A stretch of DNA of 63,074 nt, the filler included, from Sphacelaria rigidula (taxonomy: Eukaryota): assembly GCA_964200075.2 (NCBI GenBank). It is 10 parts of 10 records of this genome, joined end to end, with 100 filler letters (N's around TTAATTAATTAA, not from the genome) between each part and the next. Parts side by side here need not be neighbours in the genome. Positions count along the whole stretch, not along the records: positions 31,590 to 37,806 come from CAXNAA020021443.1; positions 37,907 to 44,123 come from CAXNAA020021444.1; positions 44,224 to 50,440 come from CAXNAA020021445.1; 7 more parts are not named here. The stretch is one strand, 5' to 3'. Below are positions 37,007 through 50,078 of the stretch, piece after piece. Both the position numbers and the translations under genes were made by a program. The notes beneath the pieces were generated by a model. That model saw nothing but the letters and a program-made list of their open reading frames with translations, was not told the DNA's origin and made no database searches. Position 1 is the first letter of the stretch; each line of letters begins with the position of its first letter.

Positions 37007-37457
37007 AACGCGGGATCTTACAAATTGGGGATGGATCATTTATTATTGGGGATGAGAAACCCGGAGAATTAAAATCTTCGTATCCACACCAAATCTTCCA
37101 AATATGATTTCATTTCTTCACCTACTGACAGTTATTGACAACTGCTACACGCCATAGGAATTTGGATTTCGATCACCGAAATGTTGGGGCCCTAGGTGAA
37201 AAATCACTTTTGGGGAATTCCGGGTGTCCGAACGGACGTCAAAATGGTTCCGAAATTGTTTTTTCACCTAGGACCCCAAAAAATTCGGTGATCGAAATCC
37301 AAATTTCTATGGCGTGTAGCAGTTGTCAATAGCTATCAGTAGGTGAAGAAATGAAACCATACTTTGAAGATTTGGTGTGGATACGAAGATTTTAATTCTC
37401 CGGCTTTCTCATCCCCAATAATAAATGATCCATCCGCAATTTGTAAGATCCCGTGTT
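37007..37457. mobile_element. Foldback/MITE element: ~200-bp inverted arms with ~50-bp spacer
   Basis: AAC.CGGGATCTTACAAATTG.GGATGGATCATTTATTATTGGGGATGAGAAA...CCTAGGTGAAAAA is reverse-complementary to TTTTTCACCTAGG...TTTCTCATCCCCAATAATAAATGATCCATCC.CAATTTGTAAGATCCCG.GTT. Confidence 0.9.
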
Positions 37458-37806
37458 AAGCGCCGAAATATTCACCTGCAAACTCCGCTCCAGTGTACTA
37501 TAAGTTGATATCGCTAGAAGGACACTACCATCCCCACCTCGCTGGCTGCCACACTGTCAGGACGTAGGATCCGCTAGCATTGCTACTGTATGTACGGGGA
37601 TGTTGCCCCCTTGTCGGGTACGTGGGGAAGGACCCGTGGCAGAACGCGGCGGCCGCGTCAAGCAGCTGCACGCTGGTCGTTCTCACTTAAGGCTTCGATT
37701 TGGAGGATGATACTAGGTAGGCAGCAGTAACTGACGGTGGACCCTAGATAATGGGGTTGATACAAAATATGGGGTTGAAGTGGCATTTCTCTTTTGCAGG
37801 GAAGAC

Positions 37807-37906
37807 NNNNNNNNNNNNNNNNNNNNNNNNNNNNNNNNNNNNNNNNNNNNTTAATTAATTAANNNNNNNNNNNNNNNNNNNNNNNNNNNNNNNNNNNNNN
37901 NNNNNN
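37807..37906. other. Artificial contig spacer
   Basis: N-run + TTAATTAATTAA + N-run. Confidence 0.97.
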
Positions 37907-38339
37907 CCGGCTTTGTAGGGATGCGAGGTCAATGGTCTGATGACTATGGCATGCATGACCGTGAGTACACCACCTCCCCCCTACCCTCCATACACGTACA
38001 TACAATAATCAAAACCCCGTCCGATACAGGTTTGAACCGGAGCTGTTCCTGGCGTGCGGATCCCCCATCGGCATGTTCTTGTCCTTGAGACGCATAGCTC
38101 TGGAAAAGCACAAGCTTTTCCAGTTTCCCACCACCAAGAGGTTTTACAATGTGTTCCACGTGAGTGTATCTAAGCAGGGTTAGTGCCAGGGCAAGGGCGA
38201 TGGGGAGCGGGAGTGCTATAGCTAGGGTCAGGACAAGGGTTGGGGCTACCAGGGCTGACCCCCATTCCTTCTTGTCTCATGGGAAAGGTTTTGTGTGATG
38301 TATGAAAGAAACGTAATGAGCGCCCAAATTTTGGAGGTG

Positions 38340-38437
38340 TCTCTTTCTAAGAGTACGATCGGTGCTCCGTCTCGCACGGGATGCGTGGTCAATGGTGAAA
38401 CGACTAAGGAGAGCCATGGATAAGTACGCCCCCCCCC
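38340..38437 (+). mobile_element. 3' fragment of the LINE family at 19215-19719
   Basis: CGGTGCTCCGTCTCGCACGGGATGCGTGGTCAATGGTGAAACGACTAAGG...AGTACGCCCCCCCCC. Confidence 0.65.
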
Positions 38438-38955
38438 ATGATTCTAAATGTACGAAATGACCCTGCAGGATGAAAATACGCAAATGCTGCACAGTCGGGG
38501 TAGCAAATACCCGCCGCGCCCCCCCCCGCCACTGCACTCCGCCATATAAAGCTTTGTTCGCCTTTGTTGAGCTCCCGGCCATCCGTCATTAGATAGAGCA
38601 CATGGTATCAGCTCTCCTCAACCACGTAGTGGTACGTGTCAAATAAACCGCAAGAACGCAAATTCACTTTTCCCCATCTCCTTTGGTCGCCTAGTATATT
38701 GCCATGACCTCTGGTACTTGATTGTTTTTTCGGACAAGGTAGCGTGTGATCTGCCGTCTTTTTTTTTTATTCATTGTGTCTATTCTTGCCCTCGATGTTC
38801 GTTTTGGTTCTCGTTTTTCTTCCGTCGATAGCCCTCGGACCCCGTAGCCTGCCGGCTGGAACCCATGCTGGATCGAAGTCTCCGAGACCTTCCACCTGCC
38901 AACGTGAGCGGACAATTCAGATGTACTCGTAGTTGTAGCACGATGTTTGTTCAAG

Positions 38956-40168
38956 GTACACTGGTCGGTCGCTGGGGTTGTGGTATGCGCCCTTCTCTGT
39001 GCATCATTTTATAGGTCGTACCTGGGAGGAGAAGAAATAGCGGATTGGGAAAATATACGAGTGTACGTGAGGGGTCGGCGGAGTCACAGACGCAGAGTCT
39101 TGCGGCTTCTCACTACAGCAGTATTGGCCGTGCAAAATGGTGTCGGCAGGAATTTGAATTCGTGGTGTTCCGGATTTTTTCAACGATTGCAGTAACGTTA
39201 CTCTACATTAACCCGCGATACTGCTCGAGTCAGGCGTTGACTCCTTCTGGCATATATTCATGTATTTATTCAACATCTAACCATTTGTGTTTGCTTCTCT
39301 TTTTTTTTCGCTTTTCCCTCGTCGCATCGCCCTCGATTGCATACAAGGAGGACGGACGCCCATTGCCACCATATGAGCTCTCTCTTTGTCCCTTTTTTTG
39401 TTGTTGTCTGTTCGTTTGTTTATTGTTGTCGTGATCAGTGTGTGATGAACCGCAGTCTGGTATTTCCCCCAAGTTCCCGATTATCGGTCTCGACGTCGGT
39501 CTCACTATCTCTCCGTTGGGCACAACTACCTACCTCTCTATCTCTCCCTATCGCTCCTTTTTGTGGCTACCTCACTATCACTCCACCACCACCCAACTCC
39601 CTCTCTCGCTCTCTCTCTTTACGGGTACCTCTCTATCACTACACTACTACCCAGCTCGCTCCCGTTCTCCCGGATTTTTCCCTTCTGTATCCCATCACGT
39701 TCGTGCCACGGCACAAACGTGCTCCGTGCATCCAAGGGACGCGTGATTGGAAAACCAAATGGAGGCCTGTGTGAAGATCTCGATTTTGACTGTGTTGTGT
39801 GTGTGTTGTTTTCCCATTTATTCTGGACGTCGGTCTACACCTTTCGGTATATGTGGGTACATCAGCTGGGGTCACACAGGATGAAGGCCAACACAGCATG
39901 CTTTTTTTTTCATTTTAGATATCCACCTTCCTTCTGCGGTGCTTCCCTCTATTTTTTACCCCCCCTACCCCCCCACCCCGGTATATGCGTGCGGGATGTC
40001 GGTTTGTCTTGCTTGTTGTATCGACTGCAGATGCCTCACAAGGGAGGGGACTACCTTCACATCAGAGTAAAGAAGATGAATCGACACGTGGAACAAGTGG
40101 TGAACAAGGTCTCCCAGACGGCCTCCCAAAATGCTAACGCCCTTCAACAGCGGTGGATGTCTGCCATG
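38956..40168 (+). CDS. Candidate internal exons of an unidentified protein
   Basis: Possible phase-0 exons are 38956-39066 (VHWSVAGVVVCALLCASFYRSYLGGEEIADWENIRVY; AAG acceptor, GTGAG donor) and 40031-40168 (MPHKGGDYLHIRVKKMNRHVEQVVNKVSQTASQNANALQQRWMSAM; TGCAG acceptor, GTGCG donor). They join in frame, but no family is recognised. Confidence 0.4.
39791..39959 (-). mobile_element. 3' half of the tRNA-derived SINE
   Basis: (TG)n tail + TATTCTGGACGTCGGTCTACACCTTTCGGTATATGTGGG...CCACCTTCCTTCTGCGGTGCTT is the reverse complement of the 3' part of 16618-16976. Confidence 0.8.
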
Positions 40169-43100
40169 GTGCGTGTTCGGGGAGGGGGAGGGGGGGGGAG
40201 GTACGAGTACGGATACGGACCCTGCAGCTACGGTGTTGATACACAACTACAGAGTAATGTATCGGTATCTGCTTTCAGCCCTTTTTGTTGTCGTGTAGCC
40301 TCGTTCCTCTTCGGCTATTCAAGCGTCTGCCATGTGACCGCTACCAAAATTATCTATAGGTCTCAAGATAGTAGCTGCTAGCCATGTTGTGTTTCACACG
40401 GAAACTGAGGCAGGGTTCAAAAGTTGAGTGCACGATGTTTTGACATTCCGACACACACGTTTTATTTTCGCACAAACACGCACTCCCGTGAATTCACCAA
40501 CTCCTCCCTCTTGAGACTGCGATGTGAACCCTGGTCCTTGTCCCTACTCTCGCACGTAACCCTTGTCCTTCATGGGAGATACGGTAGAGGGGTATGATCC
40601 GAATATTTTTTTTACCCGGTTGGAACCCTCCCCTCCCGTCCCCGGGCCAGACGCCTCATTCTGAGGAGCCCTGACAAAAGAGAAAATATGGGAATAGAAA
40701 AGGCGACGGCAATTATTTTTTCTGTGGAAGACCGAAAAAGACTCCGGACGCACACGTTATGGATGTACGGAAAATGAAACCCCGGAGCGATCGGGTTGGA
40801 ATTGTCCAATGATATTACCCGACGGGCGAAGTGTGTCCAATTATGTGCATCGACAAAACTCCCGCAAAACAGTACAAACTCCTATACATTTGATTTTTGT
40901 CAGTAGAATCTGTGAAATACGTCTGTTCGAGTTCGGTGCACAAACCCGTCACATTCGTATACTTGAACTTAGAGTGGCTCACAAGTATACTTGAAATTAG
41001 AGTAGTACACCGTTTTGGTGCGCTGAATTATCAACACTTGGCGAGCGTAGAAAGCCACACTATACGGCAGGCGACAACGATATGGTGGAGCACGTGGAAA
41101 TCCCGTCGCCACATGTGGAAGCGCTGAAGAACGACCCATATGCAATTCACGCTCAGCTGGGAAAAGGTGGCGGAGAAGCACGGCCAGGACGCTGCCAGGC
41201 GTTTGGCTGAAAAAGCTGCAAGAGCGTTTGGGGTAGCCCATTGCCCTCCGGCGCACATTACCCTCCCCGCTCGCTTGCCAAACGTCAACGCAGTAAACGC
41301 GGCAAGTGAAATCGCTACCAGGCACGCAGGATTATGTAGGAGACACCAGGCGGACGTGATTGCAAGCGTCCAGACAGGCGATATACTAGCAAACGGTCGA
41401 CGAGCAAGCGGGACAGCGTTCCGCAACCAGCCCAATCCAACTACAGTAGAACTACAGTCAGTAAAAACACTTCACTACAGTCCGGTATAACTGACTAACG
41501 ATGTTACGGTCTTCTATGCCAGAAGACAGAAGGTATACAATATCATTGCATGAAACCCCAACGCCGCCCACGAGGACAGACGGTCCAAACGCAATAGCGC
41601 CAGCCGGAGTAATACACCTCACGCAGCACAAAGTACGGTTGTGCAACGTTCAGGCATAACCAACCCGCAGTATAGAGGTGGTGTCGTGGAAACGTACAGC
41701 ACAAAGCGCAGGATGAGATGTACCGTAAGATCACAGCCTACAAAGTGACAAGCCTGTATCGGATACGCCAAAGTAACCGCCCCCGCCTACGCTGCACCAG
41801 AAGTATGTATAACGGCGGGGTACATGATATCCTCGTCGCCGTTATGGAATGATCAAACCGCGGTATGGTGCGGTATAAACGCGTACGACAGAGTACAGTA
41901 GCGTGCATGACATGAGTTTACACCTGACACAAGCTGAAAATATCATGCTAACGCGCAGTACAGAGGAGTAGGTGAGCACATTTCCACAGGGCCTGACGGT
42001 GGCTGTCTGCGATACAGACAGTAGACGGGGGCATAAATGGGGTAAATGTGTCGCCGTTGTCGCCTTTTTTATTGTAACTCAGGAGTAGGCTTGCTATGAT
42101 GCGGTGCGAAGCATCTACTGCAGGTGCGGCGTGAAGATTGCTTCACGGAAGGTCAGCCCTGCACTCCGGCCGGGGTTGGAAAACGCCGACGGGTCGAACA
42201 ATTCGTCATGCCCGTAAAATAAAGAACCTTCGAACCATCTTTTCTTCCATGTTCCATTCGCACGGGTCTGAAAAACACGCTTTGGGCGAATCGTTCGCTC
42301 GAAGGCTGTAGAAAAACAACCATTTCTTGCCCGGAAAAACGTTAAATGTTAATCGTCAATTTTCCATCAAGGGTTCCAAAAGGGTTGAAACGAGTGTGGC
42401 TTCTGGAAGGGTTTCGCAGAACCATGCGAGACATCTGAGAAGCGCGGTTGGATGTACACGTGAGTCGACCCACCACATTATATTCAAAGCTGTAGGGCGC
42501 TGTGCTTGGAGTTTGAGCGTTTCTTGACAGTGTGATACGGGGCAAGTTGTTTTGTGATATCAAGTTGGACGCCACGCACTTGCTAATGAATGGCATATGA
42601 CTATCCATGTTCAGTAATGTAGATGTCGTTTTCTGTGCGTCCTCTTGCCTTCGGTTATCGCTGGGTGTCGGTCAAAGAATGCAGCCCCTAGAATTAACCT
42701 GCCTTTGCACGTGCTTCGAGAAGCGGGTGGTTGCGATAAGCCGATGTTTTTCCTTCGTCCCCCGTTATGATCTTTTCGTCCGAGTATCGACATCATTATC
42801 ATAAGAGAACATATCGTCTATTTTGATTCTTGAGATTGGGCATGCCGGCGTCATGATGTATTTTTTCGTGTATCTCTCAACCATATATATAGTAATAATG
42901 TATCTCATAATTTGTCTGAAAACGCAGCAGGAAAAATACCCGCCCTGCTAAGAGGCCGGGATTCCTTTCTCTCCCGCTCTGACAGACTTGTACGTCGGTT
43001 TAACTTGATTTTGGAGTGCATTTTTTCCCCGTGAGAGCTCTCAACGTTCGAGAGACGCTCCACGCGACTTGAAGTGTATTCCGTTTGTACTTGGTTTGAC

Positions 43101-44123
43101 CGTACTCAACCAAACAAAACGTAGGCAAAATGTGTGCTTTTCACTCTGCTCGTAGTTTTTGCCATCTCCCAGACCTCTTGTGTTACGAGCACAGCTTCAC
43201 GCTGTCTTTAGTGCTGTCCTGACTTGTGGCGGGAAACTATGCAGGGACATCAGCAGCGTGTGGTAGTTTGTTCAGAGGAGAGCGATGACATGCTGGTTGC
43301 TTCCTACCGCTGTTTTTACTTGCAGTCATTGATTAAAAAGTCTCGCAAATGCGGTAGAGTAGTCGCAGCAGCTGCAGCGACAGTGGCACAGACACAGTGG
43401 AACAGGAGGGAGTAGAGAAGGGGGACCAGTTGAGATAATGCGACATGCGTCCAGAATCAAAACGCGCTCGAGGTTTGCGAATGCAAGCAGTGTTCCGTTT
43501 CGAGCGATGGTATGCTGACTGCTACATTCAATTGTATTCAGTCGCTGATGAAAAAGTTCGCATGCGCGGTAGAGTAGCAGCAGCAGTACAGACAGTACAA
43601 GGCGGGGTACAGTTGAGACGATGTGACACTCGTGTAGGATCAAAACACGTCCAGCCCTGCCCCGAAAATTACACAAGTGCTGAGAAAGCATAGGTAAGAG
43701 AAGATGTATGTTGTTTGCGTATATTGCAGCAGTGGCGGCTGCCAGCTTGCGCCACTTGCAAACCATGAGAAGCATGTACTCCACGAAAACTGAAAACTGC
43801 TCAGCAAAGACATACATGTTGACCCCTCATATGCTTGATTTGTGGCTAAAAAATGACTTGAAACTGGCCAGGGGCTGACGGCCAAGGGTGTTCACTTGTT
43901 GAATTGGCATCACTTGCAGCCCTTAGTCCAATGAAGATGATGCCGATTTCACGAATGAAGACCTCCGGCGATGGAAGGCTCCTCTCGAGCCAACGTCTCC
44001 GCACTCGTACTACTTTGCTGTGCTTCATTCATTCTACTGTGTGACATGGTACGGTAGGGGGGGGAGGGGGGGGGGGGGGTGTAACACGGGGGGGGGCGGG
44101 GTGGGGGGGGCGCGCAGCGTCCG

Positions 44124-44223
44124 NNNNNNNNNNNNNNNNNNNNNNNNNNNNNNNNNNNNNNNNNNNNTTAATTAATTAANNNNNNNNNNNNNNNNNNNNN
44201 NNNNNNNNNNNNNNNNNNNNNNN
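44124..44223. other. Artificial contig spacer
   Basis: N-run + TTAATTAATTAA + N-run. Confidence 0.97.
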
Positions 44224-44856
44224 GACCCGCCCCGCGGTGGGTCGGAGGCCGGGGCAACGGGCTGGTGCCGCTGTTTGGCATGATTAGCAGCCCCCCCCCC
44301 CCCCCCCGATTTTCCGCCGTTGTGGCTGATTTCCGCGCGCTTCTGATCCCAGAGCGGCAATCATGGACGGGTCTGCTCGGCGGGTGCGATGCGGCCACTC
44401 GTCGACCTGGCTGGCGGCGGACGGCGCCCCTACATCTTGCTCCGAGACGACGGTACGATAGACACCGAGGGCATGGCCGACGCCCTCAGAGAGCCCCGCT
44501 ACGACGAAGAGATGATACGGTTGCTGGGCTACGATGTGGATTGTCGAAGGTAAAGTGCTGTCGTAGTGCGGTAACGTCCTCCAGCGGTGGGCTTTGTTGT
44601 TGCGGCGGGCGTAGTCAAGTGGATGAAACAACGAGGAACCATAAATTCTGAACTAGGATATGCACGCTCGAGCTGATTTCAACCACCATGAACTTGACCC
44701 CTACGGTGTTATCCTGAGGGGTTTCGCCGCGTTATCTTGCTCGAAGTAGAACTCCTAAATACAGCTGTTTTGCCCAAACAGCTCAAGGTCAGCCCGAGCA
44801 ACTCCATTACGCCCACGTCTTGAACCCCACGATTTGTCCATCTCCAATTATCAAAG

Positions 44857-47800
44857 GTATGCTTGCTTAGCTCTGGGTCAGCTTGCTGTGGCTGCCGTGA
44901 ATTACGAGGAGATATTGACAGCCGGAGGGCTAGAGGCCCTGAGCTCGTCTCTGGATGTTGACGATGGAGAGACAACTTTTAACGCTTGCTATGCGCTCAA
45001 CAAACTCGCGTTGGGCGAAGGAAATCATGAGGTAAGAGGTTGGAATATTCACGAGTTTCCCCCGAAAACGTTTACTATGTATACACGAAACTTTACGCCG
45101 TTCGCCGTAATAGCAATGATGGGCAGTTTTCAAGTATGCCGCGCTCCGTCCAGTGTGCACCCACGCAGAGATAGATCAGCGCCGCCGATATTGTTCCCAA
45201 TTTTGAACCGACGAAGATTTCACCAAATTTCTGGTTTTTGAAGCGAACGAGGTAAGGCTATCAATCGCCTGAAGATGATTGTCAATCGTCTCCAGACGAG
45301 CAGTTGATTCCTCAGCAAGCTCCGTGGCACATACCTTCCGGGTACTGGTCGTGCGTTTCTCTTTTTTAATGCAATTCCCAGGGGAAAAAAATGAGGTTGG
45401 ATGTTGCACTTCACGCAGGCCGGGGAATTTAGCGCCGTGCCATGATTTTCCCGCACACACCAAGGCCTGTGAAAATGCTTGCTCCCCAAAATACCGTTCC
45501 CGCTGAAAGGCGTATCCACTGCACTCGTTGGAAATGAATCCGCGCACATCTGAAATTAGGTGATGGGTCGCAGAGGCGTGCCGAAGCCCTTGATCGTTGT
45601 GGTGAACTCAAGCGACGACACGAACACCACCGGACAGGCAGTGTCGGCGCTGCGTCGGCTAGCCTCCAACGCAGACAACGCCGTTGGTATGGTTCGAGTG
45701 AGTTGGGGTTTCCGCGAGAGCGATGTATTTGCTGCAGTAGGGCCAGTCGTAGCGATGTTGGTGCAGATCGAAGACACAAGGTAAAATTCACCCTACTGTT
45801 GTAGTGCTTATCTGACGCTGTCCTGCAGCACAATGTATAGCTTTTTGTTTTGCGGTGAGTACGTGTCGTACCGTGACCACGTGCTTTACCGAAGGCACAT
45901 ACTCACCGGATTCAGTCGACTCTCAGTGTGTGGTCCAGAGTCTGATTGTTGTGCGTGCGTTGATTCCACGTGTATGTCGGCAGTGTATATTTTTTTCCAT
46001 CGCTTGTCAACATCAAGTCCACGCACGATGAGCGCTATCTATCGCCTATTGACGGTAGCCAATCTTTGATCACAAGGTGCATAAGCGAGGTGATGGTTAC
46101 ACAGGAAACGACATTTTTATGTTATTACATTTTATTACTTTTTACTGCATTTTATTGAATTAATTTCATTTTATTTCATGTCATTTCATTTTCATTTTCA
46201 TTTCATTTCATTTTGTGGTCGCACTTCAAGATACGCATCCCAGAACCGAGAAAAACTCCTCATGATCTTGCGTGTGCCAGGATGGGGTTCTGGACGCACT
46301 CCGACGTGTGTGCGAAGCCGTCAGATGCGTCGAGAATCAGAGAGAAGCTGCAGCACTCTTGTGCGCCCTGGCGGTACCGCACGAAAACAAGCTTCCGCTG
46401 GCAGAGAGTGGGTCAGCCGAGCCGTTGATGCTAATGTGCCAGAGCGTCGATGTTGAGGTTGGTTGTGTCTGTATCGTAAGATACTGCGTGCGTTTTTATC
46501 TTTGATTCCCAATATTTTTGGGTGGGAACCATAAGTTCGGTTCATCGCGGAAGGGTCGGGTTCTCGATCCTTATCCTTGGGCCACAGTGTACCCTGGATG
46601 TGTTTCGTAAATGCTCATTTGGCGTTCCGGGTTTTCGATCCCAGGTCTCTGGCGAATGTGAACGACGGATCACGGGGTCTTGCAAGACTGGTGGCATCTC
46701 AGCAGCTGCCTCGTTAATCCCATCGACTCGCTTGACTTTTTCTTTCGTATTCCAGTCCGGTATGTCGTGTGATGTAGTAACACGTGCACCACACCCGGCA
46801 ATGTCTGACTGACTGGATTGCGGAGGTGCCTGGAGACCACCACACACGCCATAGAAACGAGGGTGGGGAAAGCGGGACCGGATCATGTAGGGAAAATGTA
46901 TGTGTACTGGATCATCTTCGCGCATCAGGCCATCCCAACAGCTGTTTCGCTTGGGTGCAGAGTGCATTTAAGCTCCTTCTCGGGGCAACGTTAGAGATGA
47001 TTGATTGATTTTGATTGATTGTCGCACTTTAACTGACCCCCCAGGGGTCCAGGCGTGGTCTCATGATGGACGTACCCAAGAAAAATATAACTGAAACACT
47101 CGCTGAAGAAAAGGAGGAACACACACACACATATATATATCGAACAGAATGATATAGTAGACCCTGACCCTGATCCTAACCCTAACCCTAACCCTAACCC
47201 TAACCCTAACCCTAAGTAGACTAAGGTACAAAACAAAGATACATTTTTTTACCCAAAATAATGTGAGGGGACGGAGAGCCGGGACCGAGATATATTTCAC
47301 CCCTCCCATAAAATTAAAAAGTCAATATATTTGTAATAAATTCGGAGATATACCGCGGAGAGGTTGATGCCTGGCTCGTGCAGTAGGAATATTGCAAGTC
47401 AACTTCCGAATGTTGTCATCATCCAATCGGCCGCGTGGTTGGATCTTGAATGTTCACCTGCAGACCTTTTCTGCCGACATGTATAGTGGTGTCGTCTTCG
47501 TGGTATGTTGAGCGTTTCGACGCGCTAATGCGACGCCTCCACCTCAGGTGGCACGCCTCGCCTGCGGGGCAGTCGCCAATGCTGCAGAGGACTCCTCGAC
47601 TCACGTGGCTTTGCTCTCTCGCACCAATGCCATGCACTACATGGTGTTTCTCATGAGGAGCAGGCATTTGAGTGTGCACAGGGAGGCCTCTCGGGCTTGC
47701 GGGAACCTCCTCACCACCTTGGACGCTCACAAAGACTTCGTTTCTGAGGTGTGTAAAAAGCATGGCAAAACGTTGGGGGACTAGGGAGAGAATGCATCCG

Positions 47801-50078
47801 TTATATAGATGGTGAGATTGGGAAAGGGTGCACAAGTAATAATACCACGGTCGCTAGCTGCCCGATACGCCGACATGTGGATTTGTGGCTGATACATCGT
47901 AGGGGAAAGATCCGTGCGACAAATACATTACCTGTATCCATTCAGCTTGAGTAAGGGAACGATCCGGGCGGGAAACACGGCGTCACCATGGTGATTTGCT
48001 TGCAAGCATCGATCGGACGAGCACCGTAGGAGCCACCACTGAAGTAATTATCTGACTACGTGTCATTCTCTACTTTCACCAGCTACACTACTGCCACAAC
48101 ATGATTACTACATACATAGTTTGTGACCAAACCTCCTGGGAACGACGCACAGCAATGATCGCCTGCCCAGGCTGTTTTGCGCTGATACCACCACCATCTG
48201 CCCTCCATCGTACCGTTGATATTCCCCCCCTCCCCTGCCCACCCCCGAAAGGATGGTCTGCGCAGTCTGTTGCTTGTGGCTACGTCATTGGACGACGAGT
48301 GCCAATACAACGCCGCTGTCATCTACCGTAAGCTCTGTGCCGACCAGCACACTCACGACTACGTGGTCGGCAGGGGGGGGTTGCAGGCACTGTTGGGGCT
48401 GGTGCAACTCAGGGGCCTGGGGACACAAAGGCAGGCGGCTGCTGCCTTGAGGGACATTTGCTCCAATAAAGATCACAAGGCGAGAATACGAGCGTTTTCG
48501 CTGCATGCTCGTTTTCGCCTTGGATGCCCGTTGTCGACGTGGCAAGGGTCTCGGATACGTTAATTACTTCTAGGATGGTTGACGAAACTGTCTTTTACAG
48601 CTGGCAGCTCATACCCCCACCTTTTGTAGAACGGGGGAGGACCCGTTGAATAATGCTACACTTGGCAGCTCATAGATCATCGAGCACACAGAATATAGAA
48701 TATTTTTGCGATTGGATCAGCAGCTGCTATTGTGTGCCATCGACAGTAATATTCGATCATGTTGGATACCCACAATCGCTGCCATCAGTGCCTCGAAAGT
48801 ACTCTGATTGCTACTGAGGACACACATGGCCTCATACTGGTATCCGACAGGGTTTTGACAGGACTCATATCTTCGTCGCTCCAACAGGTCACCGTCGCTG
48901 GAGAGGGAGGTTTGAGAGCGCTGGTGGCATTGTCCCGCTGTGACGATCTGGAGCTGAGAATCCTAGCCGCCGGTGCTCTGAGGCATCTGAGTCTGAATAC
49001 CCGTGTCAAGAGGCCGATGGTGGAGGAAGGAGCTCTTGGGTCCATCATCAGGTTAGCTACACGACATTTCATGTATAATTTTGCAGGAGTGATTTTGGGA
49101 GGGCATGTGGTTGGCTTCGTGAAAACGTGGATGGCGGCACTAACCCTTTGTATGTATAGATATATAGAGAGAGAATAGGGTGGGGGTTAGGATTAGGGTT
49201 ACATACATAAATGTATATATATATATATCCTAACTTCTTTGTTCCCTAGTGGCATGGAGGTGTAATTCGTCTACTTATTGTCGTGTTTTACAGTCATTTT
49301 GTGGCGTAAATTATATATTTTTGTCACCTGGGTGGTGCAGATATCCATAACCTTTCATATAGCGGAAGCCGCCCAAGATGATGGGACACGTAAAGACAAT
49401 CCTCCTTCGATGGGCTGCAATGTGGCTTCTCATAGTTTATGCTCATGCTTGAAAGATCCTGGCATACCGCTGACGCGGTGATCACATGGGCAAATCTGTT
49501 TAGTTTCTAAAATAAATGGCAACGTTCTCGATCCCAAGCCTGCGAATTCGACTTTGAAACGAAGGACCTTATGTGTTCGTATTAACGATATATCTTTGCC
49601 GCAAAACCCCGTCATGAACGGCGCAACTGTGGCAAATAGGTGCATCGATGAGGGCACCGACAGCCTAGATGCGCTTTGCCAGTGTGCAGGGACAATTGGC
49701 AACCTCGCGGAAGATGCTCAAAACCAGGTACAGGTCTCTCTTCACGCACTACGGCATTTAGCTTGGTCGTGAAACGTTGTCGCGGACATATGAAGGTGCT
49801 TGAATTAGTAGATGAGACTAGACTAAGATTCTCGCACCGAAGGCTATCGATCACACACTTGCAAGTATCGAAAGCTTGAGTGTCTGCACCTGAACCCTTA
49901 AGCTCACTTACCCTGCATCTGTTTCCACCATGCGTCCGACTTTCCACCTCTCCAGGTCACTCTGGTGAAAGACAACATCATGCCTAGGTTGATCATTCTT
50001 TCACGGGTGGACGACGAAGGCGTGATGGCAGACGTGTCGAGAACGTACGCCTCAATCAGCTCCAACGCGCAGTGCCAG
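44857..50078 (+). CDS. Armadillo-repeat protein (Vac8-like), internal portion, eight exons
   Basis: Exons 44857-45031, 45560-45697, 46281-46457, 47548-47748, 48252-48479, 48888-49051, 49640-49727 and 49956-50078 join in one frame. They give tandem ~42-aa ARM repeats, e.g. YACLALGQLA..., GGLEALSSSL...NACYALNKLA, GGLQALLGLV...QRQAAAALRDIC, GGLRALVALS...LAAGALRHLS, CAGTIGNLA. Start and stop are off-contig. Confidence 0.9.
46130..46245 (-). repeat. (GAAAT)n-like microsatellite tail attached to a short retroelement-type 3' end
   Basis: A (CATTT)n run is followed by GTGGTCGCACTTCAAGATACGCATCCCAG. A related motif ATCTTGAAGTGCGACC occurs at ~24524-24539. Confidence 0.45.
46998..47062 (-). mobile_element. 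Short 3' end of non-LTR retroelement with (ATCA)n tail
   Basis: (TGAT)n-TGTCGCACTTTAACTGACCCCCCAGGGGTCCAGGCGTGGTCTCA, closely similar to 61047-61110. Confidence 0.6.
47162..47215. repeat. Interstitial telomeric repeat (CCCTAA)n in ARM-gene intron
   Basis: CCCTGA CCCTGA TCCTAA followed by six perfect CCCTAA units. Confidence 0.9.

Noticed and set aside
41031..41490. Ala-rich overlapping ORFs on both strands
   Set aside because: No family motif and no clear splice sites.
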